Source: Acutalibacteraceae bacterium (lineage in GTDB: Bacteria; Bacillota; Clostridia; Oscillospirales; Acutalibacteraceae). From it: a DNA stretch of 64,000 nt. This document shows, in pieces, positions 61,854 to 64,000 of the stretch. Made by a program: the position numbers and the translations under genes. The notes beneath the pieces were generated by a model that was given only the letters and a program-made list of their open reading frames with translations, was not told where the DNA came from and did not search any database. Positions within the stretch are counted from its first letter, which is position 1, and each line of letters begins with the position of its first letter. Where the stretch lies: contig JAZRSY010000008.1 in assembly GCA_045651765.1 (NCBI GenBank), positions 35,388 through 99,387 on the forward strand, read 5' to 3'.

Positions 61854-64000
61854 CGGCAATTTTTGCCCATTTGAAAATCATATCTTTCGGGTTTTCCGAA
61901 AGGTTGATAACATTTTGGAAAGCCTGCATTACCGAACGCTCTACATAATAGCCACCGGGAACCTCTTTAAGTCCTTTAACATAACTCCAGGCGTCTAACA
62001 TAATTTCAAGGTCGTTAGATTCCCAAGAAAGCATCTTAAAGGCCTCAACATTGGCTGTTGTTCTACGGCCAACTTCACCTAAAATGGCCTCTAACATAAC
62101 CGAATATCTGTATTGTGTATTGGCGTTTGTCCACCATTTTAAGAAGGTCCAGGCCTCATCTTTATGTTTGCTTATATTTGGTATAACACAAGCAGTACCG
62201 GTGTCGGACTGAGCATAGTTGATAACTCCGTCTTCACCCATTGTACCCGGCATTTTAGCAATGCCCCATTTGCCTACAATTTCGGGGGCTGCTTGGCTGA
62301 ACAAGGTGTAGTTTGTATAACCTGAAACGCCCATTGGCATTGTGCCCGCACGGAAACGGTTGTATAAATCGAAGCTTACCGGGAAGCTTAGGTTGGTGTA
62401 ATAATCGGTCCATTCAACAAAGGTTTCAACTGCGGCACCATTTAAGAAGTTGGTGCGGTCGTTTTCGGTGTAAACCGGAATGTTCTTTTGCATTAAACGT
62501 GTTGAATAAACATTAAGTGTGGTACTTAACATTCCGCCTGAAACAACACCTGTCGGCAAACCAACCTGCAGGTTTTGCCTTTGAAGCAAGGCTGTAACAT
62601 TCCTAAACTCTTCCCAAGTTTTAGGTGGTTCAATGCCTATTTCTTCAAAAATATCGGTTCTGTAGAAAAGAATCGAGAAATCTTGTGTATCGGGTATACC
62701 ATAAATTGCATTACCTAATTTATATGGGTCGTCGGCACCGGGTTGGAAGCGCTTAACAACCTCGTTGTAATCGGGGAAGTTAGATAAATCGTATAACGCG
62801 CCACGCATTCCGTAGTTTACCGGCTCGGTACGGCCTTGACCTATAAGCAGGTCAGGTCCGCTACCGGCTAAAATAGCCTGAATGAGCGATGCGCCAACTA
62901 TTTGAACATTAACATTAATGTTGGGGTTTTCTGCCTCGAAAGAGTCTTTAATAAGTGAGGTTAAAATTTGTGTTTGGTCACGGCCCCAGGTTACCCATAA
63001 AGTAAGGGTGGTTTTGTCCTTAGTGCTTTCGGTGCTATAACTGTATTCGTCCATAAACGAAACCAAGAAGCGTTCGGCCGAGAATTTAGTCTTTTCCCAC
63101 CAGTTTGCCATTTTAAACTCATAATCCTTTTCGGGTGAGGCTAAAATAATTTGGTCTAAATCGAGTGGTAGTTTTGCAACGTCGGAAACAAGAGCAGTTA
63201 ACGAGCAATAGTTATCGTAATAACTTTGCACGTATTTTTGTGCGCTATATTGGTTTTCAAGCATATCGCGCATTACACGCACCATATTTTGAATGGTCGA
63301 AACATATGTACCGCTTTCTTCCTGGGTTATTTCTATAATCCTTTTGGAAACAGCCTCAAGGCTTTCTATGTTAGCGGCAAGGGTTTCGTTAAATTGCGGT
63401 ATGTTTTTAAAGAATTCATAACTACGGCCGGCGTCTATTTTTTCGCCCGTAATCATTTTAATTTTAAGGTAAAGGTTACCAACATCGTAGGCAACATCGT
63501 TAATTTGGCGACTAACCTCACCAAATTCGCCCAAAGTAACGCTAAGGCTTATGGTGCGTTTGCCTTTTTTTAAATAAATGAGAGCCGGCTCATCCGAACC
63601 TGCATTAAGTTCAGAGAATTGCCAGTTACCATCGTAATAGAACGGAACACTTGCGGCCTCGGTAAACGGATTTTTACCGTCAATTTTAAGGTTACGGTAA
63701 GAGTTACCGCTTATAACTACATTTTGGCGGTACCTAAAAGCCATTCTGTAAAGGCCATCTTCGGGTATATACACTTCCCAAGAAATGGTGTCGTTAGGTT
63801 TTTGCCAACCTGTGCCACCTATGTAGTTAATAATATTTTTAAATGCCTCGGAAGGTGTAAGGCTTGGGTCGCTGTTATCTATAAGAGGGTTAATAGAAGC
63901 GGTGCTTTTGTAGGTTGCTTTTTCGCCTTCTATAAGAATATCGGCTCCGGTGTAGTTTTTATAACCGTTTTGTTCGTATTCTTTAGCCACTTGTTCGTAA
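61810..64000 (-). CDS. Oversized ABC solute-binding protein with an N-terminal lectin/CBM-like beta-sandwich and helical linker (5' end beyond the right edge)
   Basis: More than 729 aa. The frame is open to base 64000 and the listed start is only an internal GTG. The N-terminal part reads WQKPNDTISWEVYIPEDGLYRMAFRYRQN...YRNLKIDGKNPF (CBM-like). Next comes a ~150-aa helical region. A canonical SBP domain then starts near TLTLWVTWGRDQTQILTSLIKDSFEAENPNINVNVQ. Confidence 0.75.
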   Translation of the reverse strand, partial: YEQVAKEYEQNGYKNYTGADILIEGEKATYKSTASINPLIDNSDPSLTPSEAFKNIINYIGGTGWQKPNDTISWEVYIPEDGLYRMAFRYRQNVVISGNSYRNLKIDGKNPFTEAASVPFYYDGNWQFSELNAGSDEPALIYLKKGKRTISLSVTLGEFGEVSRQINDVAYDVGNLYLKIKMITGEKIDAGRSYEFFKNIPQFNETLAANIESLEAVSKRIIEITQEESGTYVSTIQNMVRVMRDMLENQYSAQKYVQSYYDNYCSLTALVSDVAKLPLDLDQIILASPEKDYEFKMANWWEKTKFSAERFLVSFMDEYSYSTESTKDKTTLTLWVTWGRDQTQILTSLIKDSFEAENPNINVNVQIVGASLIQAILAGSGPDLLIGQGRTEPVNYGMRGALYDLSNFPDYNEVVKRFQPGADDPYKLGNAIYGIPDTQDFSILFYRTDIFEEIGIEPPKTWEEFRNVTALLQRQNLQVGLPTGVVSGGMLSTTLNVYSTRLMQKNIPVYTENDRTNFLNGAAVETFVEWTDYYTNLSFPVSFDLYNRFRAGTMPMGVSGYTNYTLFSQAAPEIVGKWGIAKMPGTMGEDGVINYAQSDTGTACVIPNISKHKDEAWTFLKWWTNANTQYRYSVMLEAILGEVGRRTTANVEAFKMLSWESNDLEIMLDAWSYVKGLKEVPGGYYVERSVMQAFQNVINLSENPKDMIFKWAKIADAEIERKRGEYNLD

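Overview
The window looks like chromosomal sequence from a spore-forming Firmicute of class Clostridia. That assignment is an inference from gene content: sleB, a complete spoIIIAA-AH operon, ctsR-mcsA-mcsB-clpC, a CIRCE-controlled hrcA-grpE-dnaK-dnaJ operon, and cohesin/dockerin modules. I call 58 protein-coding genes (two run off the window edges), 2 tRNAs, and a set of operators, promoters and intrinsic terminators that can be read directly. About 85% of the genes are on the minus strand. I saw no rRNA, CRISPR array, transposase, integrase or prophage genes.

Most of the window is housekeeping:
- ileS (truncated at the left edge)
- nrdDG with NrdR-like boxes
- srtB, plsY, der, a DUF512 radical-SAM gene, a DUF177 (yceD-like) gene-rpmF, pgi, a PBP5-type carboxypeptidase, mnmA, secA, apbE, asnB
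- DMT transporters, a TAXI-TRAP transporter, ftsK, and a TepA-like ClpP-fold protein

Two regions look accessory and are the best candidates for undescribed biology.
1. 25.2-29.3 kb: a dockerin-tagged GH73-like peptidoglycan hydrolase sits directly upstream of a membrane-anchored cohesin-like protein, followed by a MazF toxin with no antitoxin gene.
2. 52.3-64.0 kb: an eight-gene co-directional locus. It has two ATPase-less sugar-ABC permease pairs and two binding proteins, one oversized with a lectin-like N-terminal extension. These surround an NHL-propeller/TPR/Yip1 membrane protein and a 739-aa lipoprotein of unknown function.

Smaller oddities:
- a Thr-to-Pro change in the D1 Walker A motif of ClpC
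- an unlisted 40-aa Cys/Gly/Asn-rich membrane peptide next to ctsR
- a terminator whose 3' arm contains the RBS of the next small ORF
- a 138-aa stand-alone P-loop protein

All family calls come from reading motifs by eye. No database search was run.
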